Of a stretch of DNA of 15,767 bases, positions 15,238 to 15,767 are shown piece after piece. Origin of the DNA: Candidatus Eiseniibacteriota bacterium (GTDB taxonomy: Bacteria; Eisenbacteria; RBG-16-71-46); assembly GCA_031366795.1 (NCBI GenBank), contig JANLOX010000060.1, positions 1 to 15,767 of the forward strand, in the 5' to 3' direction. The notes under the pieces are model-generated. The model was not told where the DNA came from. It worked only from the letters and a program-made list of their open reading frames with translations, and ran no database searches. The translations under genes and the position numbers were made by a program. Position 1 is the stretch's first letter; every line of letters begins with the position of its first letter.

Positions 15238-15767
15238 ATGAGCGCAAGCGCAGCCCCCACGGTCACCCCTCGTAATCCCGACGCTAGCCGTAAGAAGCCC
15301 GTCTCGCTGAAGGCCGTGTGGCCGATGATCTGGGAGCTGGTCAAGCCCCGCCGAGCCATGCTCGGCATCGGCTTCCTGCTGATGATCGTCAATCGCGTCT
15401 GCGGCCTCGTGCTGCCGGGCTCGACCAAGTTCCTGATCGATGATGTGCTCGGCATGCGCTCGGGTGGATTGCCCACCGGCGCCGCGGGTCCCGTGCGCAC
15501 CGACATGCTCGACCACGCCTGGGCGCCACTACGACACTTGGGCTCCGCGACGACAGACTCGCGCGGCGGCCATCCTGAATTACTGCTGCCGCTGGTTGCC
15601 GTCGTCGTCGTCGCCACGCTGATCCAAGGCGCTTCGTCCTACACGCTGACGCAGTTGCTCTCGAAGGAAGCGCAGCGCCTGATCGCCGAGATGCGCAGCC
15701 GCGTGCAAGCGCATGTCTCGCGGTTGTCGGTCTCCTACTTCGACAGCAACAAGACGGGATCGCTTGT
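15238..15767 (+). CDS. ABC exporter (MsbA/Sav1866-like), N-terminal transmembrane domain; 3'-truncated by the window edge
   Basis: Absent from the ORF track because there is no stop; translated by hand: MSASAAPTV...WPMIWELVKPRRAMLGIGFLLMIVNRVCGLVLPGSTKFLIDDVLG...LLPLVAVVVVATLIQGASSYTLTQLLSKEAQRLIAEMRSRVQAHVSRLSVSYFDSNKTGSL. This is the typical ABC_membrane pattern (L.L.YFD..KTG.L). Confidence 0.9.
   Translation, partial: MSASAAPTVTPRNPDASRKKPVSLKAVWPMIWELVKPRRAMLGIGFLLMIVNRVCGLVLPGSTKFLIDDVLGMRSGGLPTGAAGPVRTDMLDHAWAPLRHLGSATTDSRGGHPELLLPLVAVVVVATLIQGASSYTLTQLLSKEAQRLIAEMRSRVQAHVSRLSVSYFDSNKTGSL

Noticed and set aside
1..15767. CRISPR array, tRNA/rRNA, IS element or prophage genes
   Set aside because: I saw no regularly spaced repeats, cloverleaf or rRNA-like segments, transposase or integrase motifs, or phage structural genes. 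Intergenic gaps are all under 300 bp.

Overview
GC-rich bacterial window with 16 probable CDS. I found no rRNA, tRNA, CRISPR array or transposase. The left end (1-~3600) is the tail of a restriction locus: a 5'-truncated type I restriction subunit hsdR, then an Mrr-family type IV restriction enzyme. Both show possible lesions: HsdR has NEAH in place of the Walker-B DEAH, and mrr appears to carry a +1 frameshift just before its likely native stop. Next are a DUF2721-like membrane protein, a GyrI-like protein, and a convergent PAS-like/GAF/HisKA sensor that has no ATPase domain. A putative outer-membrane beta-barrel and lipoprotein pair follows behind a sigma54-type promoter, then an intrinsic terminator and an HU gene. 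At 8668-13817 (-) is a five-gene operon in which every junction is an ATGA overlap. It encodes an SbnI/SerK-like ParB/Srx-fold kinase, an MDR oxidoreductase, a K+-channel-fold protein with a non-canonical filter, an orphan GlcF-type Fe-S protein and a YcaQ/AlkZ-family crosslink glycosylase. The right end holds a GNAT and a spermidine-synthase-like methyltransferase, plus the start of an ABC exporter. All family calls come from motif recognition by eye; no database search was run.
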